From contig NC_068982.1 in the NCBI RefSeq assembly GCF_001194135.2, positions 165,486,616-165,534,192 on the forward strand: a DNA stretch of 47,577 nucleotides, read 5' to 3'. The notes beneath the pieces were generated by a model, which saw only the letters and a program-made list of their open reading frames with translations, made no database searches and was not told the origin of the DNA. The position numbers were made by a program, and so were the translations under genes. This DNA is from Octopus bimaculoides. Lineage: Eukaryota. Shown here piece after piece: positions 24,993 through 37,150 of the stretch (within the stretch, counting starts at the first letter, position 1; each line of letters begins with the position of its first letter).

Positions 24993-27086
24993 CTGGGAAT
25001 ATATATATATGACTGTAATGTGAAAGTATAGGATTGATCATGCAAATATAGCAGAGTTATTTTTATTATTGCTGCTTGGTTTTAGTTTAAACATGGTTTT
25101 CCAGGCAAAATGATCAAAAACTTTCCAAACATGACCCTCCTTGATTTTTTCATCCATAACGCATTTTCTTGTGCTCTTCTCATTTCATTGAGTTATAAGT
25201 GCGCTATTTAAGATATTTCTAGCTGTCTTCATTCTCTACGGAGCATACTCTGTGCTACACCATACACACTTTATACACGGTATCGATACATAAATATGTC
25301 TTACTCTATCAAATAAATGGGAACAACGGGTGATGTTTTCAAACAAATTAATGGATTGTAAAGCGATCATTAGTCGCTAGTAGTTGGAAGTTATACGAAA
25401 TATATTTCAGTTCATAATGGGCGTTACTGTTTTCCAAGACAATTTTTACATGACAATGACGAGATCTAGAAGTAAATATCCTAACACATTATAAAAGAAG
25501 TTTCCAATATAAATTATACGCATAAATGTCTGCAATAATTTGTAATATATTTAACATCGTACACACTTAATGAAAAATTTAACATGCATGACTTCCTCTA
25601 TAGTTTCCCCTTTATTTCTATATCTTTCTATCTCTCTCTGTTTCTCTTCCTCTCATTTTTCCCCATCAGTATAAAATATACAATGCTACACTAATAGAAA
25701 CTATCATATAGAATGAATAATATTCCAATGATTGGGTAATTACTGCAATACTTCCGAGAGAATGGAAAATTTTATATAGGCGAAAGAAAAATTTGGAGTC
25801 ATTTTGTATTTATAAAGCCATGTAAGTAATCAGATTTTGGCTATTGGCCGGAGAGAATAATTATACAGTACCTCATATGTCGGTTTCATACTAGCCAAGC
25901 AGAACATTACGACGGTTAAATACAACGTATACGTGAAGAAACACATTTAAATTTTGATGAAGGTGTTCCAGTTTGATGGACGAAACAATAAATAATTTTA
26001 TTCGCTCAACTGTTTCATATCATTTTATCCTATATTTTATGCCAACTTTACACACCATTTAAAGAACTTATCCTTGATTTAAATTCGCAAACAGCATAAA
26101 TCTATCATCCATTTGTGTCTGACCTATATAGATTCGATATACATATGGAAACCAGCCCACAGATGGTTAAATGAATTATTCACTCATGCGCACACATACA
26201 TATACACATAAATACATACATGCATACATACAAACATATACATGCATGCAAACACATGCATACATACATACATACAGACAGACAGACAGACATAAATACA
26301 TACATACGTAAGTACTCACGTACATAGATAGATACATACGTACGTACGTGTGTACATACATACATACATACACATAAAAGAATATTTAATTTTAACTACA
26401 ATTGATTTTCACTTTATGCTCTACGTTGAATATTAATCGAATCTGCCTCAGTATGAGAAAATGAAGTAATGACTATGCAACTATGCTACCCAGCTAATAA
26501 AAAAAATATAAGTAAAAAGAAAGGAAGCAGCGTGTCGGCTAATAGCATTACGAGACAATATTAAGTGTGAGGTTATAATACTCATTTTATACTGCGTCCA
26601 TCTAGCCATGACAAATAGCTAGATAACACCAACTTTAAAAAAAAAAAAGTTGACACAATCAATGTCTTATCTGTATTATTTATTATGGATTTTAATAATC
26701 TACATTTGGAGAACGTTTTAGATTTCAATTTCAAGAAATTAAGCTACATTCCTAAATAATTTGTTATATTTTCTGTTTCCTGACGATACGCATAACAGAT
26801 GTTATGAAAAACATCTATAACATTTTGTTTGGCTATTTGCGTCTGATTTGAAAATTGGGTCGAATCTCAGTTTTCAATAGATAATGATTCTCTACCATCA
26901 GTGAACAGCGAACATACATTTTCTACCGTCAGCGATCAACAGACATACTATTGTACCATTGACAATGGCAAACATGAAAGAAAATTTCTGTTGCGCCTCA
27001 GACATTAGATTCATCCTAAGCCGTATATCGTAAACTGATGTCACTGATGTCTCATTAAACTCACAAACGAACACGTACACACATTC

Positions 27087-27130
<44 letters not shown>

Positions 27131-27176
27131 GTGTGTGCGCGCGTGAGTGCGTGTGCGTGCGTGTCCGTGTGCGTAC

Positions 27177-27224
<48 letters not shown>

Positions 27225-27603
27225 AACTATTTGGACTTTCAATATATGTCTATTAGTATGACGATTAAACCACACTCACCGTCTGGATTACGTGATGTCA
27301 TCCCACCGTAACGATATAATTTTCACTACGTGTTTGTTGAGTTTATAGTTGATAAAGAAAACGGATGATAAATTTAGTATGAATCTTCAATCGCTACGAC
27401 GAACGGTTCGACGCATCTGGAATCTGTCCCATAGGATATTGTACATTTTCTTGCGGTGCATCAATTAGTGCTGAATGTGTCACTTCAGGTGCTTGCTATA
27501 TAAAGAATATCTCACTAGATATACTGAGATCTGCTGGGCATGTTGTTCTGGTTCGTCCTACGTTGGTACACAGACATCGTTACCGGCCCTACTGAATATC
27601 CAG

Positions 27604-27686
<83 letters not shown>

Positions 27687-28498
27687 CGAAGGATCGAGTT
27701 GTGGGGGGAAAGTTAGCTTCATGCAAGTAAATATATAAAACAGCTTTCAGGAACAATAGTGGTTTGTTGAGGTGGAAGGTTAGGGATTTTTTGTATCGAA
27801 GAACGATAAACTTACGAAAATTCTTTAAATATTTCACGGTAGGTAACCAATGTTGCCGAGTATGCGAATAAGAATACAAGAGTTAAGGAATGGAGTAGAT
27901 AAAATCCGAGCTACATACGTTTCACAGCGATCGGAACCTCAGAAGTGGTAAATATCCAAGTGAGGTGTTTACCGTAGGATACTCGTCAGGCCAAGGCTAT
28001 CTTGATTAAATGAAATCATTTAATCAAGTTACCCTTGTACTTACATTTGTTCCTCAAGTTAAAATCCCTTGAGCACTACGAAGTGTATTCTATACAGAGA
28101 ATACCTGTCTCTAATCTATAAACTATATACCAGACATATATATATAGGTATGTGTGTACGTACGTGTGTGTGTACGCACGTGTGTGTTTGCGTGAGTGTT
28201 TGTTTGAGTGTTGTGTGTGAGTATATAGGCACATTAGCGTACATATGCATATGCGCGGTTCTTGGATTTGCGTCTGCGCTGGAATGGGTGGTGTGGTATT
28301 TGTTTATGCGGTGCGCATGCGTTTGTATATGTATGTATGTATGTGGGTGTATGTGTACGCGTACGTGTATGTGCGTGTGTGAAGGTGTGTGGTCGGTAAT
28401 GTATGGTTGTGTATGAGAGTGGGCGTGTACGCATGTGTTGGGAGTGTTCGTGCATGGGGATTTGTGTGTTCATATATCATTGCTTATGCACGCTCGCC

Positions 28499-28680
28499 CT
28501 ATATATGGAGGTGGAATGAAGGGTTTGGGGTGTTGGACAATGCCATGGGGTTCAGACTACACAGACGCTGGGGACTGGTGGCTGACGACCTTGCTATCGG
28601 AGTTTGGCGACGGTATCCTTGGTGCAGCCAGTGCAGGAGAGCAGCTGATGCTAAGGTGGTATCTCCGGATTGTCGGCGGC
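28499..28680 (-). CDS. Candidate terminal coding exon of an unidentified gene
   Basis: GC-rich block after the acceptor-like ttcaaactacag. Two open frames: RRQSGDTTLASAALLHWLHQGYRRQTPIARSSATSP..HI* (stop at 28499) and PPTIRRYHLSISCSPALAAPRIPSP..SPASV* (stop at 28557). It is followed by UTR-like CA-rich sequence. No homolog recognised. Confidence 0.3.
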
Positions 28681-29500
28681 CTGTAGTTTGAAGCTTATCA
28701 GAAGGGCATAACCATACAGAAGGTTTTCTTTCTATCTGTCACTATTTCTCTTTTATTTGTAATTCTGAATTTCATTCTCTTTATATATATATTCACTGTA
28801 TTCTTTCTCTTTCTTTCTTTGTATATGTAAATTCCGCTCTCTAAATGCGTGCATATTTGAATGAACGTGTGTGTGCGTGCATGTGTATGGGTGTGTATGA
28901 ATGTGTCTGAGAAACTTCATTGGGGCGACAGAGTCGAAAGACTCTCGCAACGTATCAGCAGTCAGCTTAAGAGACACCCAAGCAGGTTGGGCACGAAGTT
29001 GATGATATGCGAACACAAGCCTTCGTCACTCGGTCTCAGGAGACGCCTAACAACAGGATGCATCGATCGGGTGATAAGCACACAAGAACCTCTGTCTCGC
29101 AGACTCCAGAGACGATGCCATATTTCAATTCAAGTCTTAGTTTTGCCATGACCATGAACAAATTTGTCGGGGCGAATATTTACACCTTCGAAAGCCCCGC
29201 TTCATCCATAATCAGTTTTACGCTGAATATTCAAGAGTAAGAAGTAAGAAAAACTTTTACATTTGTCCACCAACTGAAAAAAAAAAAAAAAAATCTTCGT
29301 TTACCGAGATATTATAAATTAACTCAAATAATGCAGATATTCATCCTGATCAAAAGACTTGTCTGTCGAGTAAGAAAAATGTATTAAAGTAGAGATAAAA
29401 AAAAGAAATAAAATATCGTGAAAAATTTACCGGCAACGACGAACTACTCAGCTAGTACAATATATAGCTTACATATATAATATATTCACTCACACACATG

Positions 29501-29541
<41 letters not shown>

Positions 29542-30404
29542 GTTGTATGTACATGTATATATATATATATATATACATAGCTAGATGTATGTATGTACGT
29601 ATGTATGTGTGCGTGTCTTACCATATGTATCAGCATGTGTGTATTATGTTTGGTTTTCGATTTCATTAAAGACTTTCTCCATATTTCCTCATGCGTATTT
29701 TATGTCTATCTATGTGTTTATTAACACTCTCGTATATCTGAATAAAATTGACATCATTAATGACGTAGTGTTGTCTCACTTAGCAGTCGACTACAAATAA
29801 TCAGGAGACGACTGTTGTAAATGACAAAATTGTCAAGGCTTGTTTTCAAAATTATATTATGCTTAAAAAACAGAACATTTCGGGATTAATTTTTTATGTG
29901 ATCTGTCAGTTGAATTAGTTCTATATTTTGTTTAGAGCAAGAGTTCTACTGTTTGGTGGAAATCTATTATAACTGTATTGTTGTTCACTCGTAGTTTCAT
30001 CTATTTAATTATATTTAGCGTACTGCAATATAGAGACTTCTCTGGCTCCATGTTATGAAGCTTGTTCACCGGAAGTGAAAATGACCTACTTGTGTGTCTG
30101 ACGTTACAATTCAAAATAGTCCACTTACAAGTTTAATGTTTACTCTAAAATTTGTATACTGCATTGGATTTTTCAAGTATGTTTTGGTTTACGAGTTTGC
30201 AATTTCGTATTGATAAAGACGTTTTATCAGCAGGGTATTTTGTAATATATTTAAGTCACGGGCGTACGGTTACGTTTAGGCAACAATGCTCTGTTCAATT
30301 ATTTAAGGCATTTTTTAAGACATCTCTAGTCATCCATAACTTTATTTTCACTATATTTTAGTAGTTTTGCCAACGGCATTCGATTTTCATATATATATAT
30401 ATAT

Positions 30405-30660
30405 ACATGATTGGAATTTACAAAAAATACAAAAGACGAAGACAGGTGTATAAACAACAAACAGGTGTATTAGTTTAACGCTCGGGAAGGGGAGAAAGTC
30501 TTTTACGTTTCGAACCTACGCTCTTCAACAGAAAGGAACGCGAGAAAATAAACAGAGAAAGAATATAAAAAATGCTTTAGCGGCTAGCGGTCAATCATGG
30601 CGGCTGGCTGGACGGAGGTGCTCAGACAGGAGGTCCATTGATGCAGACAAAGTACGACAC
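30405..30660 (-). mobile_element. Penelope-like element terminal (pLTR) fragment
   Basis: Contains a minimal hammerhead motif typical of PLE termini and abuts a (TA)n run at about 30388-30407. The right boundary is approximate. Confidence 0.65.
30498..30539 (-). ncRNA. Minimal type I hammerhead ribozyme motif (core variant CUGUUGA)
   Basis: Minus strand: gttcCTTT-CTGTTGA-A-GAGC(gtag)GTTC-GAAAC-GTA|AAAGac. Stem I is CTTT/AAAG, stem II is GAGC/GTTC, helix III is the palindrome ACGT, and the cleavage triplet is GUA. Confidence 0.65.
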
Positions 30661-31027
30661 AAATATGCATTTAGTTCAAGAGTGTATTGAATATATTGGA
30701 GGATAATTGTTACAACATTTTCTATCACCAAACAAAACAAAAGCCACGTCCGTATCTAACATCCAATACATTATTCCATTACACTCAGAAACAGATACAC
30801 ACACATGGACACACACACACAACCTGACAACTAGCTATGATACTCGTGGTTAATGACCAGTGAACAAACAGAACTGTCCTGTAAATATGCCCATCAATAC
30901 ATTTTATCTCCATAGGCAATAGAATACCGCCGTAACTCTATATGCACGGCTATTGATGCAACATATCTGTCTAATTTATTAATTGTTCATTATAAGCTTA
31001 ACTTACTTTTGCAAAACAGAGAAATTA

Positions 31028-31862
31028 CGTTGGGGTACCCAAAAGTAATAGGAAACGTTCTCTGTGGGACAAACCCGTCGTAGTTTGAGTTTCTGAGCTA
31101 GAAGCCACTTGATGCAACTCTCAGACATTATTTTGTCCGACCGGCATTGTCCTATATAGTCTTACTACCACTTGGTGCGTTTTTGTTTTGCAGTGCTTTT
31201 CCCCTGATCGTCGATTTTTGTGATAGCTGAAACGAAGGAACAACGTGCTTCCGTGAAATTTTGTTTTTTGTTGGGGAAAACGGCGACCGAAATAGTTGTC
31301 ATGCTTCGAACAGCTTACAAGGGCGCTGTGCTATGAACAGAACACAAGTTTACGAGTGTTTTTCTCGCTTCAGGAATTGTCACTTGTCGCTTGAAGACCA
31401 ATCTCGTTCAGGTCGACTATCGACCTCCCGAACGGAAAAAAACATCATGAAAATTAATGAAATGAATTTGAAGGATCGTCGCCGAACAATTGATGGACTT
31501 GTTGATATGACTGGTGTGTCCTGAAGCTGTTGCCAACGAATTTTGAGCGTGGATTGAAAAGAGTGTGAATGAAAAGTGTTTTCGGCAAAATCTGTGCCTC
31601 GCTTGCTCACGGAAGATCAAAAACAGTCACGATTGAATGCATGTGAACTGAAAGAACGATTGGAAGTTGATCCAGACCTTTTTCCGAAAGTCATCACTGG
31701 TGACAAAAGCTTGCGTTATGGAATTTGCAGATGTGGAAGACGTGAAAAAATATCGACGGAGGCGTTCAAAGGCATCACTTTGCAAGAGTTCCAGCACTGC
31801 TTTGAAGACTGGAAAACTCGTCTGGAGTGGTGCATTGCATCACATGGAAAATACTTTAAATG
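31028..31862 (+). mobile_element. Internally deleted mariner element
   Basis: TA plus TIR cgttggggtacccaaaagtaatagg. Peptides ETKEQRASVKF, NRTQVYECFSRF..EDQSRSGRLSTS, SVPRLLTEDQK and ITGDKS, then a jump to the C-terminal EAFKGITLQEFQHCFEDWKTRLEWCIASHGKYF. Confidence 0.88.
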
Positions 31863-32373
31863 CCTGTCTAAACAGATAAGTTTCTTTTCCGTATCTACTT
31901 CTGATAATTACTACCATTCTATTCTGCGATAGTAATTTTCAATTGGTAAATATTTTTTCAAATTTCAGTTGTTTAATAAAGTTTTCTGGTGGTAAAACTA
32001 CCCTTGGTAGCCTAGATTCCTTTCTAGGATAGCTTATCTCTAAACTACGTAACAATAATGAAAACAATGTTATTTCGAATGAGTTTTATGTCAGAAAACT
32101 TTGTTTCTAGAAACGTTTGCTCTTTCAATAACTACCTTTAAAGATACTTTATTAGTTTACAGGCAACTATTGCTTTCTAATGAAATATATACAAATTTGA
32201 CTTGAAAGGATACACCACATTGCTACCCTATTGAAGGACTTGAAGACGATTATATGAGTCATTTAAACAACTGATTGTTTTACGAAATACGCCGGGTAGT
32301 TTTAACTATATCGGTTTCAGATGTTGGATGGGTAGTATTTATGTAATGTGACTGTCTACTGCCGTTAATACTG

Positions 32374-32582
32374 CTTTCAAATTTGGCACAAGGCCAGCGA
32401 TTTCTGGGGAAGCGTAAGTCGATTATATCGACCTCAGTACACAACTGGTACTTATTTTATCAACCTCGAAAGGACGCAAGGCAAAGTAGACCTCAGCGGC
32501 ATTTGAACTCAGAAAATAAAGACAGACGAAATGCTGCTGAGCATATTGCCCGGCGTGCTAACGATTGCCAACTCGCCGCTTT
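32374..32582 (-). mobile_element. SINE family A copy 5
   Basis: Reverse complement from tttcaaatttggcacaagg to cgtgctaacgattgccaactcgccgc. Confidence 0.9.
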
Positions 32583-32591
32583 AAGTGTTGG

Positions 32592-32815
32592 TAATATTGG
32601 TTTCAAATTTTTTGGAACAAGGCTTGCGATTTTTCTAGGGAAAGATAAGTCAATGTAATCGACGCCAGTACACAACTGGTACTCATTTTATAGACCTCGA
32701 AGGGATGAAAGGTAAAATTAACCTCGACGGAATGTGGACCCAGAACGTAAAGACGAACGAAATACTATTAAATATTTTGCCCGGTGTGCTAACCATTCTG
32801 CCAGCTCACCACCTT
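32592..32815 (-). mobile_element. SINE family A copy 6 (tandem with copy 5)
   Basis: Reverse complement from attggtttcaaatttttt to gctaaccattctgccagctcaccacc. Confidence 0.9.
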
Positions 32816-34883
32816 CTTGTAGGTAATATTAATAGGCTATAGTATACAAATGCACCACTGTGTTTGTATTTACGGTAATAGATAATATTATCAGAGATAA
32901 ATACATAAGAAAATAATCTACTCTCCTATACTGTATTTTGACAAATTAGTTGACATAATTTTTTCACATAAACTATATTTCTTTCGCCAAAGGTGAAGTA
33001 TAAATTCATAGAAAGTTGATAAAATTCTAAATATGAAATAACGATGTTTCACAAACCTTCACCGAATGAAGAGTATAAATCCATAATAATTAAATAAGAT
33101 GCAGTTATAACGATATTTCACGCTTCTTGTGCTGTATCGAAATTAGGCTCGTATTTCAAATTGCTCAAGCATCTTAGATGTATGAAAGTATGAGATATTA
33201 AATTTGTAGTGAAGTTAATTAATAGTTATGTGGCATTTATATACTCTCGTGAAGTATATTAGTCGAGTGACAGATATACACAACCTCTTTAATATTAGAG
33301 CGCTCCAGATTCTCTTTAAGTTTATAAGATTCTCATTCAGAATGTATCGATGTTTTGTCAGCCAAACATGGGCCATCTCAAACGTCCTCGTATTTTATTT
33401 TGCTTAGAATTTGATTTAAAATTCTACCTTTCTCTTTTGCACCATTTCCTGATAGTTTTCACTGAAACTAAATATAAATCTATAACTATCACTGCTAATC
33501 TGAAGATAATCTTACCAAAACGATTGGCTTGCCATGAAAGTAGTGATTATGAATTTTGTCAAGATTTTGTACAAAATGTTAACCTAACATTGAAAGGAAG
33601 GAAAATATTCCAGCTACCATATCATCCCAATTATTTGATTAATGGTGCCAACATATTCGAAACATCTAGGACTAAAGGCTAAAAAGAAGAATTTCCAAAG
33701 GCCTTGCGTCTCTCCGGTTTTTAAAGCCATTTTCACATTTCAGTGTACTGGCGTGTCTACTTGTGTTTGTCTTTCAGTGCTACTGTATATAAATCATATG
33801 TGTTTGAGTCTGCCTTCGTGTATACTCTCATTATAAGTTATTTGTGATGTACGATACTGTTGTCAACGGATTCTTGTGTTCTTTTAAATTGTTATTTTTG
33901 ATGCAGTTTAGTGCGAGTTCAGGTCTGAACATTAGATGTATGATCAAATTTCTGGCAGCCTTCAGAAAGCCATCATGCATCTACAGGACTAAATATCTAA
34001 TCGCTCCCTTTAAAAACCCATAGTGTGATTTAAGCGTAGCATGCCTACCATTATTAACTATACATTGTGGTTTCCTATGATAATTACCTCTTTATAAGTA
34101 AAGTTTATTTCGATCGATACGTGTATATATGTATATGTAAATATAGATATGTGCATATTCCCCCTAGAAACTATAAAATCATAAAAACAATAACACCTGT
34201 AGTATTACAACTTATAGAATCTCTTCGGTCTGAATAGCTTTAAGTTCGCTTACTACTTCCATACCTATTACTCCCTCTTTTCTGGTTACCTTTATCTTTT
34301 CCCTGACTCTAATTTTAATCCCATGTCTCTTTATATGTAGGTTATATGTATTTCTTTTATTTTCTATACATTCTTAGTTTGTTTTTCTTATTTAGACATC
34401 CTTACTTATTAACCTCTTATTCTTTATGCGAGATATTTTATATTATATCCGTATAAATATTTATGTATATGCATATATGCACATATATATGTGCGTGTGT
34501 ATCTGTATGCATTCTCACACTTTTCTGATTCATGGCTTAAATTTAATAGATATGTTGTATATCTTTCCAGTTACTCCATATGTGAATGCCGTGAGCAGTC
34601 TCTATAGAAACCACCTAATAATTAATTAAGTACATGATTATCTTAGCAGTTTCGGCCGGGTGCACTCAAGACTGCGCTAATCTAGCCGGCCCCAAGAAAA
34701 TCTAAGCTAAGAGTACTAAATTCCTTGGACGAAGGCAAGTGAATATATACGAAATCAAGGAAGGAAAAAACAGAGACATTGTACATAATTATAACTTATG
34801 TACAATTATGCGTGTGTCGCAGAGAAACCTTATGGCAGGGTCATAAGCGATGCAAGTCATGGGAAGGAATGTAAGAGATGCTA

Positions 34884-35044
34884 CACGGATGGGCTTCTTT
34901 CAGTTTCCGTCTATCAAATCTACTCACAAGGCTTTTTCTGCCCGAGGCTATAGTAGAAGTCACTTGCTCAAGGTGCCATGCAGTGGGACTGAACTCAATG
35001 TGGTTAGAAAGCAAGCGTATTACCACAGCCATTTCTGCGCCTAT
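34884..35044 (-). mobile_element. CORE-type tRNA SINE (OR2-like)
   Basis: Minus strand ggcgcagaaatggctgtggtaa..gttcagtcccactgcatggcaccttgagcaagtgacttctactatagcctcggg..gaaactgaaagaagcccatc. Confidence 0.88.
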
Positions 35045-35060
35045 GAGCCACTCCTGTGCC

Positions 35061-35116
<56 letters not shown>

Positions 35117-35138
35117 TTATATATATATATATATAATA

Positions 35139-35498
35139 CAGTGTACATTTAAACACATAAGAAGCATCCATCATAGGACTCCTTGCATGCTAAAAAGAAC
35201 AGTTAAATTCCAAACCACTATTAGGGATAAAACTTCGAAGGGAATGAAAAATATAAACATTTACCATCTAACTCCTGGACCTTGGTTTCATACTTATTTT
35301 AGTAAATAAAATAATTTGCTGGGTAAAGTCTTCAGCAGGTACAACTAGATTAAACATGCCCCGTGCTTATAAATTCTAATTTTTCAAATCTACCGCGCAA
35401 GTGCAGTTCCTTGTCGGCAGTATACAAAAATGCCGGCCGTAAATAAAATTGCAAGGAGTCCTATGATGGATGCCTCTTATGTGTTTAAATGTACACTG
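35139..35498. mobile_element. 360-bp MITE with 49-bp TIRs and a TA TSD
   Basis: 35139-35187 and 35450-35498 are inverted repeats with 1 mismatch (CAGTGTACATTTAAACACATAAGA..). TA on both sides. Tc1/mariner/pogo-type termini. Confidence 0.92.
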
Positions 35499-36638
35499 TA
35501 TTTATATGAATAATATATAGTCTATGGACTAAATTTTTACACGCAAGTCCACTGGTAGTAGACATTTCTAATATTTCTTATTACCCTTGATATTATTAAT
35601 TATATATATATGTGTGTGTGTATGTATGTATATTGGTGTGCGTGTTTGTGTGTGTGTGTTTTCGCGAATATAACACGTTTCTCTGGTGCAATTATTTTCA
35701 ACATATATATTCAACGGGTACATGCTTCAACTATTAGCAGAGAAAACCTTGGGAAGTATTAGGTACTGTGTACCGAAGCTCAATTCCTGTAGTTACGATT
35801 ATATCTTTTGTTATTCTTTTTATAAAGTATTGTAACCTATAAAAGGTCAGGTAGGATATGCACTGTGAAAAAATGAAAAAATGGATGCCAACGTAATGAA
35901 GAATATAGAATGTAGAAATGAGACTTTATGTTCATGGAGAGGCGAGAAAATGCAAGGAGTAATAGAGATTAGGGTAAAGGATGAAAAGGATACTAAAAAA
36001 AGAAGTAGCCAAAGGAAAATTTGTATAAGATAAGGGTAAAAAGGAAACAGAAACGAGAAATTTGTTTGAAGCTGCACAGTAAACTATATTAAATGGGATC
36101 AGTGAATAAGAATCGGAAAAAGTGTTATGGAGAAATTAGGAGCCTACACTGTGGATTGCGAGAATAGTTATAGAAGCGTAAACTGACCTCCGTTTGAGAT
36201 CTGCTTCAATGATCGCCATACAGAAGCATTTTCACATAAAAGTAGTAATGTAGTAGGGAATAACCTGAAGGGAAATAGAATTGTATAGAAAATAGTGAGA
36301 GATGAAAGGAACAAGAAGAGCTGAAGAAAAAGTTAAGGGGTTAAATTTAATTAAATTTGTTTGCCAGGAGTATCAACTATTATGAAGCTACTTGACCTGC
36401 TAAAAATATTACACAAAAATTCTTAGAATTAAATATATCTTAATAAGGAAAGCCACATTTCAAAATATTGTCATTGATACCGCATAATTGAACAAATGAT
36501 ATTACTAAACATGTTAAACTGAACATGACAGTAAATCCACAATTTTTTCAGATATCTCATGTCAGCGTTTTCATTATAAATGCTTGTTTGTGTGTACATA
36601 TACATACATACATACATACATAGAAACATATACATATA

Positions 36639-36671
<33 letters not shown>

Positions 36672-37079
36672 CAGAGAGAGATTTAATAGAAACAACGATA
36701 CATAAAATTTCGCTTTAAAGCTACTAATTAAATGTTGATTTGAAAATATCAAAAAATAGGAAATGAAATTAATGCGATTATACTTTCTTGGTTACATGTA
36801 CCTTCAATAGCTCGCGATAATAGAACAGAATAGAATATTATGCTAGAGTATCAGTGATTTGTAATTGTATTTAATACCTGAAGATATTTCAAATAACTTT
36901 ACAGGAAGTTTAAAGCAGAAAAATTGAGAAAATAACTGAAATTGCTCCCACGGGTAATCAAATATTCTTTTATTCTGATAACTGCATATGAATACAAAAT
37001 TCTCATTTTAGATGGAAATGAAAACGCATTCCTTTGTGTGGATTTGTACAGGATTATGTATATGTATGATCGAAAAGTT

Positions 37080-37150
37080 TTGAAGAACAGTTCACAACTA
37101 CGCGGTCCTCGATTCGATCCCACTGCATGGTATCTTTCGTGTCTTTTTTT
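37080..37150 (+). mobile_element. Degenerate head fragment of the CORE-type SINE
   Basis: caactacgcggtcctcgattcgatcccactgcatggtatc resembles caaccacatggttccgggttcagtcccactgcgtggcacc. Confidence 0.45.

Noticed and set aside
26890-26955. Degenerate tandem duplication of about 31 bp (tctaccatcagtgaacagcgaacatac / tctaccgtcagcgatcaacagacatac)
   Set aside because: Only two diverged units with no spacer structure. Not CRISPR-like and probably old slippage.
33350-33682. 110-aa plus-strand ORF (also 42789-43187, 132 aa, and the minus-strand exon-like 19168-19377)
   Set aside because: No recognisable domain. Lengths are near the chance maximum for this window, and the 42789 ORF overlaps a mariner end.
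18150-36350. Strand-skewed purine-rich stretches (18150-18560 minus, 35860-36350 plus) suggestive of very old LINE ORFs
   Set aside because: No motif could be decoded, so they are left unannotated.
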